This document shows, in pieces, positions 14,272-22,292 of a DNA stretch of 29,077 bases; within the stretch, counting starts at the first letter, position 1; each line of letters begins with the position of its first letter. Source of the stretch: Candidatus Woesearchaeota archaeon (GTDB lineage Archaea; Nanobdellota; Nanobdellia; Pacearchaeales; UBA284); NCBI GenBank assembly GCA_964500015.1, contig CAZCMN010000013.1, positions 1-29,077 on the forward strand, given 5' to 3'. The notes below the pieces were generated by a model. The model saw nothing but the letters and a program-made list of their open reading frames with translations, did no database searches and was not told the origin of the DNA. A program made the position numbers and the translations under genes.

Positions 14272-14898
14272 ATGTTTGGCTTAACTGAAAAAGAAGAGAG
14301 CATTTTAAGGAAATTAAATAATCCTAGAAAAATTCAGGATTTTATTAATAAGATGTCTGCAAATTTTGATTATGATAAAGATACTTGTATGTCTCCTAGA
14401 CTTGTTTTAAGAGAGTGGAAATGCCATTGTATAGAAGGAGCTTTGTTAGCTGCTTTAGCTTTAAGATTACAAGGAAGAAAACCCCTAATAGTTGATTTAA
14501 CTGCTACAGATGATGATGATGACCATGTAATTGCTGTTTTTAAAGAGAATGGATGTTGGGGAGCGATAACAAAGACAAATCATGGTGTTTTAAGGTATAG
14601 AGAACCAGTTTATAGAAATATTAGGGAATTGGTTATGAGTTTCTTTCATGAGTATTTTGATAATAAAGGAAAAAAGAATTTAAGGAGTTACAGTGCGCCT
14701 GTTAATTTATCTAGATTTGATAAGATTAATTGGATGACTGCAGAAGAAGATGTATGGGATATTCCCAATTATCTTTTTAAGGTCAAGCATTACAAAATTT
14801 TAAATAAGAAACAAATAAGAAATTTAAGAAAAGCAGATGAAATTGAGATTGAAATTGGAAAAGTGACTGAATATAAGTATAAAGGTAAAAAGAAATGA
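14272..14898 (+). CDS. transglutaminase-like/papain-fold cysteine peptidase superfamily protein (putative)
   Basis: KCHCIEGALLAALALRLQGRKPLIV resembles the transglutaminase-core Cys helix (C-x3-A-x4-AL-x-R-x2-G). It is followed by DDHVIAVFKENGCWGAI, a His-containing strand like H-x-W-x-E-V. Assignment is by pattern only. Confidence 0.55.
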   Translation: MFGLTEKEESILRKLNNPRKIQDFINKMSANFDYDKDTCMSPRLVLREWKCHCIEGALLAALALRLQGRKPLIVDLTATDDDDDHVIAVFKENGCWGAITKTNHGVLRYREPVYRNIRELVMSFFHEYFDNKGKKNLRSYSAPVNLSRFDKINWMTAEEDVWDIPNYLFKVKHYKILNKKQIRNLRKADEIEIEIGKVTEYKYKGKKK

Positions 14899-15344
14899 AA
14901 ACAAAAAACTTATATCAATATCCAATGAGAAAGGAAGATGTGATAAGAACAGATACTTCTTCACCAGCTCATGAAGGAAAATTAAAATATGCAGTTGATT
15001 TTCTTTGTAAAGAAGGATCGAGAGTTCATGTAGCTTATGATGGTGAGATTGTTGAAGTTTTAGATAATAAAAAAGAGAATACTCTTGAAAAAGAAGATAT
15101 GAATGATGCAGGCAATTTTATTTTGGTTAAACATGAGAATGGAGAATATAGTCATTATGCTCATTTTAGATATAATGGTATTTTGAAAAAGAAAGGAGAC
15201 AAGATTTTACAGGGGGATTTATTGGGGTTTAGTGGGAATACTGGTTTTTCTTATGGGCCTCATTTGCATTTTTCAGTTATAAAGTTTACAGGAAAATTAA
15301 AAGATGATTTTGAAAGTCTAGAAATTAGGTGGAAGAGAAGATGA
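14895..15344 (+). CDS. M23 (LytM-type) metallopeptidase domain protein, no signal peptide
   Basis: AHEGKLKYAVDF (His...Asp), DGEIVEV, GNFILVKHENGEYSHYAH and SGNTGFSYGPHLHF (HxH) are present. ATGA overlap with the upstream gene at 14895-14898. Confidence 0.75.
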   Translation: MKTKNLYQYPMRKEDVIRTDTSSPAHEGKLKYAVDFLCKEGSRVHVAYDGEIVEVLDNKKENTLEKEDMNDAGNFILVKHENGEYSHYAHFRYNGILKKKGDKILQGDLLGFSGNTGFSYGPHLHFSVIKFTGKLKDDFESLEIRWKRR

Positions 15345-15949
15345 AACTAGGAATTTTGTTTTCAGGTGGAAAAGATTCAACTTATGCTGCTTATTTAGCT
15401 AAGATGAAAGGATATGGGATATGTTGTTTGATTACTATTATATCAGAAAATCCAGATAGTTACATGTTTCAGCAGGTTTCTGAAGAAGATATAAAAAAAC
15501 AAGCTAATGCTATGAACTTGCCAGTAGTTTATCAAAAAACTAAGGGTGTTAAAGAAAAAGAATTAAAAGATTTAGAAAAAGCAATTAAAAAAGCTAAAGA
15601 AAAATTTCAAATTGAAGGTTTAGTTATTGGGGCTTTAGCTTCTGTTTATCAAGCTTCTAGAGTTCAGAAAATTTGTGATAAACTTGAATTATGGTGTTTT
15701 AATCCTTTATGGCAGAAAGACCAATTTGAGTTATTAGATGAATTATTAAAAAATAAATTCAAGATAAAGATTGTCAAAGTTGCTGCTGAAGGTTTAGATG
15801 AAAAATGGGTTGGAAAGATAATTGATAAGAAATTTCTTCAAGAAATCAAGAAACTTAATGAGAAATTTAAAGTAAATCCTGCTGGAGAAGGTGGCGAGTT
15901 TGAAACTTATGTTTTAGATTGTCCTCTATTTCAGGGGGAGATAAAATGA
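15341..15949 (+). CDS. dph6: Dph6/MJ0570-family PP-loop ATP pyrophosphatase (diphthine-ammonia ligase-like)
   Basis: MKLGILFSGGKDSTYA (PP-loop SGGxDS), ENPDSYMFQ, GALASVYQASRV and AGEGGEFETYVLDCPLF closely track the MJ0570 family pattern. ATGA overlap with the M23 gene at 15341-15344. Confidence 0.85.
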   Translation: MKLGILFSGGKDSTYAAYLAKMKGYGICCLITIISENPDSYMFQQVSEEDIKKQANAMNLPVVYQKTKGVKEKELKDLEKAIKKAKEKFQIEGLVIGALASVYQASRVQKICDKLELWCFNPLWQKDQFELLDELLKNKFKIKIVKVAAEGLDEKWVGKIIDKKFLQEIKKLNEKFKVNPAGEGGEFETYVLDCPLFQGEIK

Positions 15950-16025
15950 ACAATCTTTTTAATGTTAAATTAAATTTTAGCAAGACAACTTTGTGCTGTT
16001 GCAATCTTGTTTGATTTGACTAAAA

Positions 16026-16622
16026 ATGATTCTAATAATTAATACATGTAAAGAAAAACTGCATTATCTTGAATTTGTTAGGCCAATTGAAGAGATTGTA
16101 AAAAAAGAGAGCAAGTTTTTCACCAAACATTATTTTGAAGTTAATTTAAAAGACTTGGAAAAAGCTGAGAAAGTGATTATCTGTGGAACAGCTTTAAAAG
16201 ATTTTGAATATGACCGAGAAATGATGGCTTTTTCATGGCTTAGAGGTTTTGAAAAGCCGATTTTGGGAATTTGTGCTGGAATGCAGATTATTGTAAAGAC
16301 TTTTGATGGAAATTTAAGTGTCCTTGAAAACTCTGAGTTTTTGGGACGCCAAAAATCCCGAGGATTTTTTAGCGAGAAAAAAGAGATAGGTTTAATTAAA
16401 GTTAAATTTGATAAAGATTTTTTAGAAATTAAGAAAGGAGAAGTTGAAGCTTATGCTTTGCATAAGTCTGATGTAATTGGTTTAGGAAAAGATATTGAGG
16501 TTTATGGGAAATCAAAAAAAGGAATTCAGGCTATTAAGCTGAAAAGTAAGGAAATTTATGGGGTAATGTTTCATCCTGAAGCTAGAAATAGGGAAATTGT
16601 TGAAAATTTTTGCAAGAAGTAA
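16026..16622 (+). CDS. class I glutamine amidotransferase-like protein with an 18-aa repeat-derived insertion
   Basis: Nucleophile elbow PILGICAGMQ and the C-terminal His-Glu pair in VMFHPE are present. Residues 100-117 (LENSEFLGRQKSRGFFSE) are encoded by a repeat unit. Confidence 0.7.
   Translation: MILIINTCKEKLHYLEFVRPIEEIVKKESKFFTKHYFEVNLKDLEKAEKVIICGTALKDFEYDREMMAFSWLRGFEKPILGICAGMQIIVKTFDGNLSVLENSEFLGRQKSRGFFSEKKEIGLIKVKFDKDFLEIKKGEVEAYALHKSDVIGLGKDIEVYGKSKKGIQAIKLKSKEIYGVMFHPEARNREIVENFCKK
16323..16375. repeat. palindromic repeat unit embedded in frame in the GATase gene (reverse orientation)
   Basis: The reverse complement reads TCGCTAAAAAATCCTCGGGATTTTTGGCGTCCCAAAAACTCAGAGTTTTCAAG, matching the intergenic units. 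It starts exactly at codon 100 and spans 18 codons. Confidence 0.7.
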
Positions 16623-16755
16623 TTGACAATTAGAGAACGAAGTAAGTTGTAAATCACGCTTACAGATGTGCTTTCAAGCACAAGTTAATCTTCAATTTTG
16701 TGCTTTGTTTTTTGGATATAAATTAAAAAAATAAAAAGAAAAAAATATTTTGTTT

Positions 16756-17046
16756 TTACTTCTTTTCAAGTGTTATCTCAATTATGGAAACATTCACTTT
16801 TCTCTTCTCTTGATTTTCAAATTCTTCGCTGTCTATCTTTATGTCCTTCACTGCTATGTTCTGTTCTTTAAGAAATCTCTTTGCTGAAACTTCTGCTACA
16901 TCTACTGCTCTACTAATGAACTTTCCTCTGGCTTTTATACAAACTTCTTTTGCACCCTTTGTTGTAAATTGCATTACAACGCCAGTGACATAATTCATGA
17001 ATGGTTTCCCGCCAATGAGAACTGTATTTTCGTTGTTTGGTGTCAT
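16756..17046 (-). CDS. albA: DNA/RNA-binding protein Alba
   Basis: 96 aa: [21 protein letters not shown]...[20 protein letters not shown]...NVSIIEITL, the canonical Alba pattern. Confidence 0.9.
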   Translation of the reverse strand: MTPNNENTVLIGGKPFMNYVTGVVMQFTTKGAKEVCIKARGKFISRAVDVAEVSAKRFLKEQNIAVKDIKIDSEEFENQEKRKVNVSIIEITLEKK

Positions 17047-17079
17047 GTTTATCCTCCGTCTTTGTATTTAATGAGTTTA

Positions 17080-17140
17080 TGCTCGAAAATTCAAAAGAAT
17101 TTTCGGACATCACCAAAAACTTTATGGTTTTTGATGAGCA
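17080..17140. repeat. palindromic repeat unit
   Basis: TGCTCGAAAATTCAAAAGAATTTTCGGACATCACCAAAAACTTTATGGTTTTTGATGAGCA, between the albA start and the rps17e stop. Confidence 0.65.
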
Positions 17141-17144
17141 TGAG

Positions 17145-17348
17145 TTAATTCTTCTTACTTTTTGCTTTTGTTCGCTTAACTATCCTAGTTAGATAGCCAG
17201 CAATGCTGTTTCTTGTTTTTTTGTCTGCTTCTACTACCCTATTAACAACTTTTTTATTCTCTTCAAAATTATCTGAAAAAAGACTAGAATGTTTTTCTAA
17301 TAGCTCAAGTGTTGTTCTTTTTATTGGCAATGATTTTATTCTTCCCAT
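17145..17348 (-). CDS. rps17e: 30S ribosomal protein S17e
   Basis: 67 aa: MGRIKSLPIKRTTLELLEKH...NKKVV...KKTRNSIAGYLTR, the eS17 pattern. Confidence 0.85.
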   Translation of the reverse strand: MGRIKSLPIKRTTLELLEKHSSLFSDNFEENKKVVNRVVEADKKTRNSIAGYLTRIVKRTKAKSKKN

Positions 17349-17482
17349 TTTATGATCTGCATGACTTTTGGTATTATAGATATGGCTTTTGAGGTTTTTT
17401 AAACTTATTGTTTAGCTATAAGTTGATCTGGATTTATTGATTCTTTTGCGCCCTAATTACAATTTTGCGCTTTGTTTTAAAA

Positions 17483-18172
17483 TTAGTGCTTTCCTTTATA
17501 TCTTCCACGAGATTCAACTTTCTCAAGTTGTTTTATAACTGCTTGAGATTTTGACCATCTGTAGTTTTTCAGGCATTCTTTTAGAAGAAATTCGTAATTT
17601 TTAAAATGTTTTGATTCTAGAGCTTGTTTTAATAGATGCAAATCAACTGCTTTGTCTTCGATTCTTTGGCTGTGAAAAGATAAACCGAAATCAATGAAAT
17701 AAAGTTTAGAGTTATTATATTTATTAGGTATTTTATGTTGATTTGTGCGCTTTAAGTTATATTCTGCACCTTGTTTTTTTATATGTCCTATTTGATTTAC
17801 CCAAATCATGTTGCTTGTTGTTAAATCGCCGTGAATTATATGGTTTTCATGCAATTTTGAGATGTTCTTTCCTATTTGTTTGCATATCCCTATTTGTTCT
17901 GCTTGTGGGGCATTATCTAGATAATCAGAAAGTTTTTTTCCTTCTATAAACTCCATCTCAATTTGGAAATCATCAGTTTTTAGAATTTTGGGGACTGGGA
18001 TGAATTTAGAAGCTTTTTCAATTATTCTTGATTCATGTTTTGTTCTCTTGAATCTAAGACTTTTATCAAGAATCTCGTTTCTATAGCCTTTCTTGATTCT
18101 GTCTTTTGTGAGAATATTGCCTTTTTTTGTCAAAATTGCTTCTGCTCCTTGCGCAATTATCTTTTCTTTCAT
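17483..18172 (-). CDS. bud32: KEOPS complex kinase/ATPase Bud32 (Kae1-associated)
   Basis: GAEA glycine loop, RTKHESRIIEKA, IIHGDLTTSNMI, YFIDFGLS and EDKAVDLHLL are present. It carries an insertion of about 30 aa between the catalytic loop and the DFG motif. Confidence 0.85.
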   Translation of the reverse strand: MKEKIIAQGAEAILTKKGNILTKDRIKKGYRNEILDKSLRFKRTKHESRIIEKASKFIPVPKILKTDDFQIEMEFIEGKKLSDYLDNAPQAEQIGICKQIGKNISKLHENHIIHGDLTTSNMIWVNQIGHIKKQGAEYNLKRTNQHKIPNKYNNSKLYFIDFGLSFHSQRIEDKAVDLHLLKQALESKHFKNYEFLLKECLKNYRWSKSQAVIKQLEKVESRGRYKGKH

Positions 18173-18249
18173 GATGTTCTATATCTAAAATTGTATTTAA
18201 ATCTTATTTTTTTAGTTAAATTTAAATACAATTTTTCCCTTTATGATTA

Positions 18250-18301
18250 TGCTAGAAAATGTGAAAACATTTTCTGCAAAGTAAAAACTGTTCGTTTTCA
18301 C
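18250..18301. repeat. palindromic repeat unit
   Basis: TGCTAGAAAATGTGAAAACATTTTCTGCAAAGTAAAAACTGTTCGTTTTCAC, ending 17 nt before the pilus ATPase start. Confidence 0.6.
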
Positions 18302-18317
18302 TTAAAGAGAGGTAGAA

Positions 18318-19871
18318 ATGAATGTTCCTAAATTTAAATCTTTAAACAAAGGGGCTCCGATAGTTCCCAGCCCTGTAATTAATATTAATCCAGAAGTTCC
18401 TGTTTTGCCTAGATTTGAAGATAAAACTAAGATTGATGTAAGATATTCTCTGATTGTTCCATATGTTTCTTGCCATATATACTGGAATAAGGAAGTTGGG
18501 GAAGTTGTTTATGAAATTGAAGAGCCTTTATTGAATGATAAGGAAAAAAGATTGCTTGAAGAAGTTGAAAAAGCAATGATGGAGATGATTAATGTTTCAT
18601 CAGTCAACCAGAATGTTCTGTCTTATCTAGACAAGATGCTAAAAATTGTTCTAGATGAACTTGGAGAGAGAATTGAACAAGAAACATATTCTCGGTTTTT
18701 TTATTATATTTACAGGGATTTTTTAGGATTTAATGAACTTGAGCCCATGTTAAGAGATTTTTTTATAGAAGATGTAGAATGCAATGGAATTAACTCGCCA
18801 GTTTATATTGTCCATAGAGTTTATAGGAATCTAAGAACAAATTTGGTTTATCATGATATGTCAACTCTTGGAAATTTTGTTGAGAAATTAGCTCAAAAAT
18901 GTGGGAGATATGTTTCTTATGCTAATCCATTATTAGACGGAACTCTGCCAGATGGGAGCAGGGTTAATGCTACGTATACTGTAGATATTTCAAGCAAGGG
19001 GCCGACTTTTACTATCCGGAAATTTACAAAAATTCCAATAACTCCTATGCAGCTTGTTAAATCAAATACTTTAAGCCCGGAAATTTTAGCTTATTTCTGG
19101 CTTTTAATGCAGTATAAATGCAATGTTTTGATAACTGGCGGAACAGGGTCTGGAAAAACTACTCTGTTAAATGCAATTGCTTTTTTTATTCCGCCTGAAG
19201 CAAGAGTTGTTTCAATTGAGGATACAAGAGAATTGCAGCTGCCTAGAGAAAATTGGCTTCCATCAGTTTCCAGGAGCGGGGTTTCTGGAATAGGGGAAGT
19301 AGATTTATTTACATTACTTAAGGAAAGTTTCAGGCAAAATCCAGATTATGTTATTGTTGGAGAAGTCAGAGGAAAGGAAGCATCTGTTTTATTTCAAGGA
19401 ATGGCTTCAGGGCATCCTTCTCTATCAACTATCCATGCAGATTCTGTTGAATCTGTTATAAACAGATTAGAAACTCCTCCAATCAGCTTGAATCCTAGTT
19501 TGTTGAATATTCTGGATGTTCTTGCTGTTATGACTCATGCTGTTGTCAAAAAACAGGAAACTAGAAGAGTGAGAGAGGTTGTTGAAATTTTGGAGGTTAG
19601 TTCAAAAGGAGAAGCTTCATCAAATCAATTAATTAAATGGGATGCTTCAGAAGATAAATTTTATTTTAAGACTTTAAGTCATGTCTTTGATAAGATCTGC
19701 ACAAGATATGGGCTAGAAAAAGAAAAGTTAATTGAAGAGTTTGAATTAAGGACAAAATTGATTTTTAAATTATTCAAGAAAGGAGTTTCAGAGTTTAATG
19801 AAATGCAGAAAATTATAACTGAGTATTACAAAGATCCAGAAGCTGTTCTTGAAAAGTATAAAGTTAAATAA
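18318..19871 (+). CDS. FlaI/ArlI-PilB-type type IV filament assembly ATPase (type II/IV secretion NTPase)
   Basis: Walker A LITGGTGSGKTTLLNA, the Asp box SIEDTREL, Walker B YVIVGEVRGKEA and the His box GHPSLSTIHA. Length is 517 aa. Confidence 0.85.
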   Translation: MNVPKFKSLNKGAPIVPSPVININPEVPVLPRFEDKTKIDVRYSLIVPYVSCHIYWNKEVGEVVYEIEEPLLNDKEKRLLEEVEKAMMEMINVSSVNQNVLSYLDKMLKIVLDELGERIEQETYSRFFYYIYRDFLGFNELEPMLRDFFIEDVECNGINSPVYIVHRVYRNLRTNLVYHDMSTLGNFVEKLAQKCGRYVSYANPLLDGTLPDGSRVNATYTVDISSKGPTFTIRKFTKIPITPMQLVKSNTLSPEILAYFWLLMQYKCNVLITGGTGSGKTTLLNAIAFFIPPEARVVSIEDTRELQLPRENWLPSVSRSGVSGIGEVDLFTLLKESFRQNPDYVIVGEVRGKEASVLFQGMASGHPSLSTIHADSVESVINRLETPPISLNPSLLNILDVLAVMTHAVVKKQETRRVREVVEILEVSSKGEASSNQLIKWDASEDKFYFKTLSHVFDKICTRYGLEKEKLIEEFELRTKLIFKLFKKGVSEFNEMQKIITEYYKDPEAVLEKYKVK

Positions 19872-19989
19872 AAATAAATATGTGAACTATTGAAAATATG
19901 AAAATCTTTTTGTGCACTTTAGTTTTAGACATACGCTTAGAATTTTTTAAGGATGCTACCTATAATCTAAAGAGGTTTAACTGTCTAAA

Positions 19990-20157
19990 ATGATTTCAGA
20001 AGAAAAGGTTTTGGTTTTATCTCAGTTAATTGCTTCTATGAAAGAAGCTGTCCTTGATTTGGAAAGTGCGATAAATTCTAAAAATGGCTTTAAAATTTCT
20101 CAGATTAAAGAGAATATTACCAAATTAAATAAAGAAATCCAGGATAATCTGGTTTGA
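19990..20157 (+). CDS. small hypothetical coiled-coil protein between the pilus ATPase and platform genes
   Basis: 55-aa ORF below the track cutoff: MISEEKVLVLSQLIASMKEAVLDLESAINSKNGFKISQIKENITKLNKEIQDNLV. It ends 10 nt before the next start. Support is position and heptad pattern only. Confidence 0.35.
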   Translation: MISEEKVLVLSQLIASMKEAVLDLESAINSKNGFKISQIKENITKLNKEIQDNLV

Positions 20158-20167
20158 ATCAATTAAA

Positions 20168-21418
20168 ATGGACTCAGTTTCTTTTTTAAAAGAAAATATT
20201 CTAAGAGAAGAAAAATTTATTTTTGAATTAGTTAATATAACTAACCTATATCAAGGAGCAAGCAACCAAGAAAGAAAATTTTTAGAAAAATCTTCTTTAA
20301 GTTTGCTGAATCAAATTAGGATTATTCATAAAAGCGTAGATAATATGGTTCATGAAATTAATCTTGTTAATGAAAAAAGAGATTTGAAAGTTCCAGTTTT
20401 TAAGGTTCCTGAATTTAATAAAAAATATGTCCGAGTTTCAACTTCAAGTGGAAATGCTTTTATCAGAAAAGAGGATAAGAAAAAATATTTAGAAGAGCTA
20501 AAAATAAAGAAAATTAAATTTACTCATGAGATTGAAGAACAAACAACAGTAAATAAACCATCTTCAATTATCTTATTTTCAAGCAGGATCTTTAAGTCAA
20601 TGACCAGACCCTTATCTGAAAAGATGGGTTTTTTAAACCGGGATTTGAAGCAGGCAGATATGCCCTATATAGCTTCATCTTATCTCTCTTTAGTTTTTCT
20701 TTTAACTTTGATAACTTTAATCATCTGTTTAGGATTAGCAACGATTTTATCAATTAATGCTTCTGCTTTGTCTATACTAAGAAATTTTTTAATTGCCCTT
20801 GTTATTACTGTAATTTTTTCTGTTTTTTTAATTTATTATCCCAGAATTCAAGTTAAAAGCAATTGCAGGAAACTTGAAAATGAGATGCCTTTTGCTTTAG
20901 CGCATATGTCTGCAATTGCTTCTTCAAGAATTGCACCATCTAAAGTTTTTTTCATAATGTCTAATTCTTCAGATTATAAATTATTTGCAGTTCAAATGAA
21001 AAAAATAGTTAATCAAATGAATATTTATGGTTATGATTTGACTACAGCTTTAAAGAATGTTGCTAGTCTATCTTCCAGCAAAAAGTTTTCTGAATTTTTA
21101 AATGGTTTTATTTCAATTGTTTCTTCTGGAGGAGATTTAATGCTATATCTTAAAGAAAAATCTAAAGATACTTTATTAGATTATAAACTCTCTAGAGAGA
21201 GATTCTCAACCAGCATAGGAATGTATTCAGATATTTATACTGCTTTGTTAATTGCAGCTCCCTTGATTTTGATGTTAATCCTGTCTTTTATGGGCAGTTT
21301 GGGAAGCAGTATTGGAAATGTTAGCATATCTTTTTTAGCAAATGTCGGAATTATTGCGATTATTGTCTTGAATATCCTATTTATCATATTTTTAAATTTG
21401 ACACAGCCCGAGGGATAA
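20168..21418 (+). CDS. FlaJ/TadC-like type II secretion system F-domain membrane platform protein (part 1)
   Basis: A cytoplasmic N-terminal region of about 160 aa is followed by TM helices. A T2SSF-like soluble domain (MPFALAHMSAIASS...LTTALKNVA...FLNGFISIVSSGGDL) is followed by C-terminal TM helices. Confidence 0.7.
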   Translation: MDSVSFLKENILREEKFIFELVNITNLYQGASNQERKFLEKSSLSLLNQIRIIHKSVDNMVHEINLVNEKRDLKVPVFKVPEFNKKYVRVSTSSGNAFIRKEDKKKYLEELKIKKIKFTHEIEEQTTVNKPSSIILFSSRIFKSMTRPLSEKMGFLNRDLKQADMPYIASSYLSLVFLLTLITLIICLGLATILSINASALSILRNFLIALVITVIFSVFLIYYPRIQVKSNCRKLENEMPFALAHMSAIASSRIAPSKVFFIMSNSSDYKLFAVQMKKIVNQMNIYGYDLTTALKNVASLSSSKKFSEFLNGFISIVSSGGDLMLYLKEKSKDTLLDYKLSRERFSTSIGMYSDIYTALLIAAPLILMLILSFMGSLGSSIGNVSISFLANVGIIAIIVLNILFIIFLNLTQPEG

Positions 21419-21419
21419 A

Positions 21420-22223
21420 GTGAACTTGAAAATTGTATCAATCATTGTTGGAATTTTGATAGTGATAGCTTCTTTGATATTCTTACTAAATTCTAAATTT
21501 CTATTTTTGGTTTTGGGGATAGCTGTAATAATTGGGGCTGCTCCTTTTTTACTGTCTTTTTTAGCTAAAGAGAGCAAGGAAAAAGAAAAAGAGGAGATGT
21601 TCTTGCTGTTTTGCAGGGATTTAGTTGAATCTGTCAAGTCAGGAACTCCTTTATCAAAAGGTATCTTAAATCTTTCAAATAAAGTGTATGGTTCTTTAAC
21701 AGAGCACACTAAAAAATTAGCAAGTCAAGTAGCTTTGGGAATTCCTGTAAGGCAGGCGTTCTTGACTTTTTCAAATGATGTAAAAAGTAATGTAATTTCT
21801 AGAGCAATTTCTTTGATTACCCAGGCAGAGAGTTCAGGAGGAGAGATTTCTAGTATTTTGGATGCTGTTGTTTTGAATATTTCACAGATAGAAGAGATTA
21901 AAAAAGAAAGAGTTTCAAGAGTTTATAGTTTTGTTGTACAGGGTTATATCATCTTCTTTATATTCTTGATTATAATGTTGTTTGTTCAAGTAAAATTTAT
22001 GCCATTAATTTTTAATTCTTTTTCAACTGAATTGGGAAGTAAAACCGATTCCATGAATGTTATAGACAGAGCTTTTTTTATTTTGATTCTAGTTCAGGCT
22101 TTATTTACAGGACTAGTTGTAGGAAAATTAGGTGAAGGAAAGATAAAATCAGGGATTAAGCATAGTGCTATCCTGTTAGTTATATCTTTCTTGTTTTTGG
22201 CTTTGTCAAGAATTCTCGCTTAA
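21420..22223 (+). CDS. FlaJ/TadB-like type II secretion system F-domain membrane platform protein (part 2)
   Basis: GTG start 1 nt after the upstream stop. The order is TM helices, then a T2SSF-like domain (FCRDLVESVKSGTPLSKGI...ISLITQAESSGGEIS), then TM helices. Confidence 0.7.
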   Translation: MNLKIVSIIVGILIVIASLIFLLNSKFLFLVLGIAVIIGAAPFLLSFLAKESKEKEKEEMFLLFCRDLVESVKSGTPLSKGILNLSNKVYGSLTEHTKKLASQVALGIPVRQAFLTFSNDVKSNVISRAISLITQAESSGGEISSILDAVVLNISQIEEIKKERVSRVYSFVVQGYIIFFIFLIIMLFVQVKFMPLIFNSFSTELGSKTDSMNVIDRAFFILILVQALFTGLVVGKLGEGKIKSGIKHSAILLVISFLFLALSRILA

Positions 22224-22230
22224 ACTCTAA

Positions 22231-22278
22231 TTCTCGAGCACACCAAAATAGGAAATTTAGCTGTGTCCAGAATTTTGG
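22231..22278. repeat. degenerate palindromic repeat unit
   Basis: TTCTCGAGCACACCAAAATAGGAAATTTAGCTGTGTCCAGAATTTTGG. The GAGCACACCAAAA core resembles the unit at 2485-2497. This is the weakest member. Confidence 0.4.
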
Positions 22279-22292
22279 TTTAGATATGTAGG

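Noticed and set aside
16667-16713. Palindrome TGTGCTT-TC-AAGCACA followed by GCTTTGTTTTTTGG after the GATase gene, read as a hairpin terminator. Similar GC[T/G]CTTTGTTTT strings occur at about 6143 and 17465.
   Set aside because: Archaeal termination needs only oligo-T runs, which are abundant in this AT-rich DNA. A 2-nt loop is sterically poor. The evidence is insufficient to annotate these as discrete terminators or a second repeat family.
19897-19992. 31-codon ORF (MKIFLCTLVLDIRLEFFKDATYNLKRFNCLK) after the pilus ATPase, considered as a possible pilin.
   Set aside because: It has no class III signal-peptide pattern, is too short, and overlaps the start of the better-supported 55-aa ORF.
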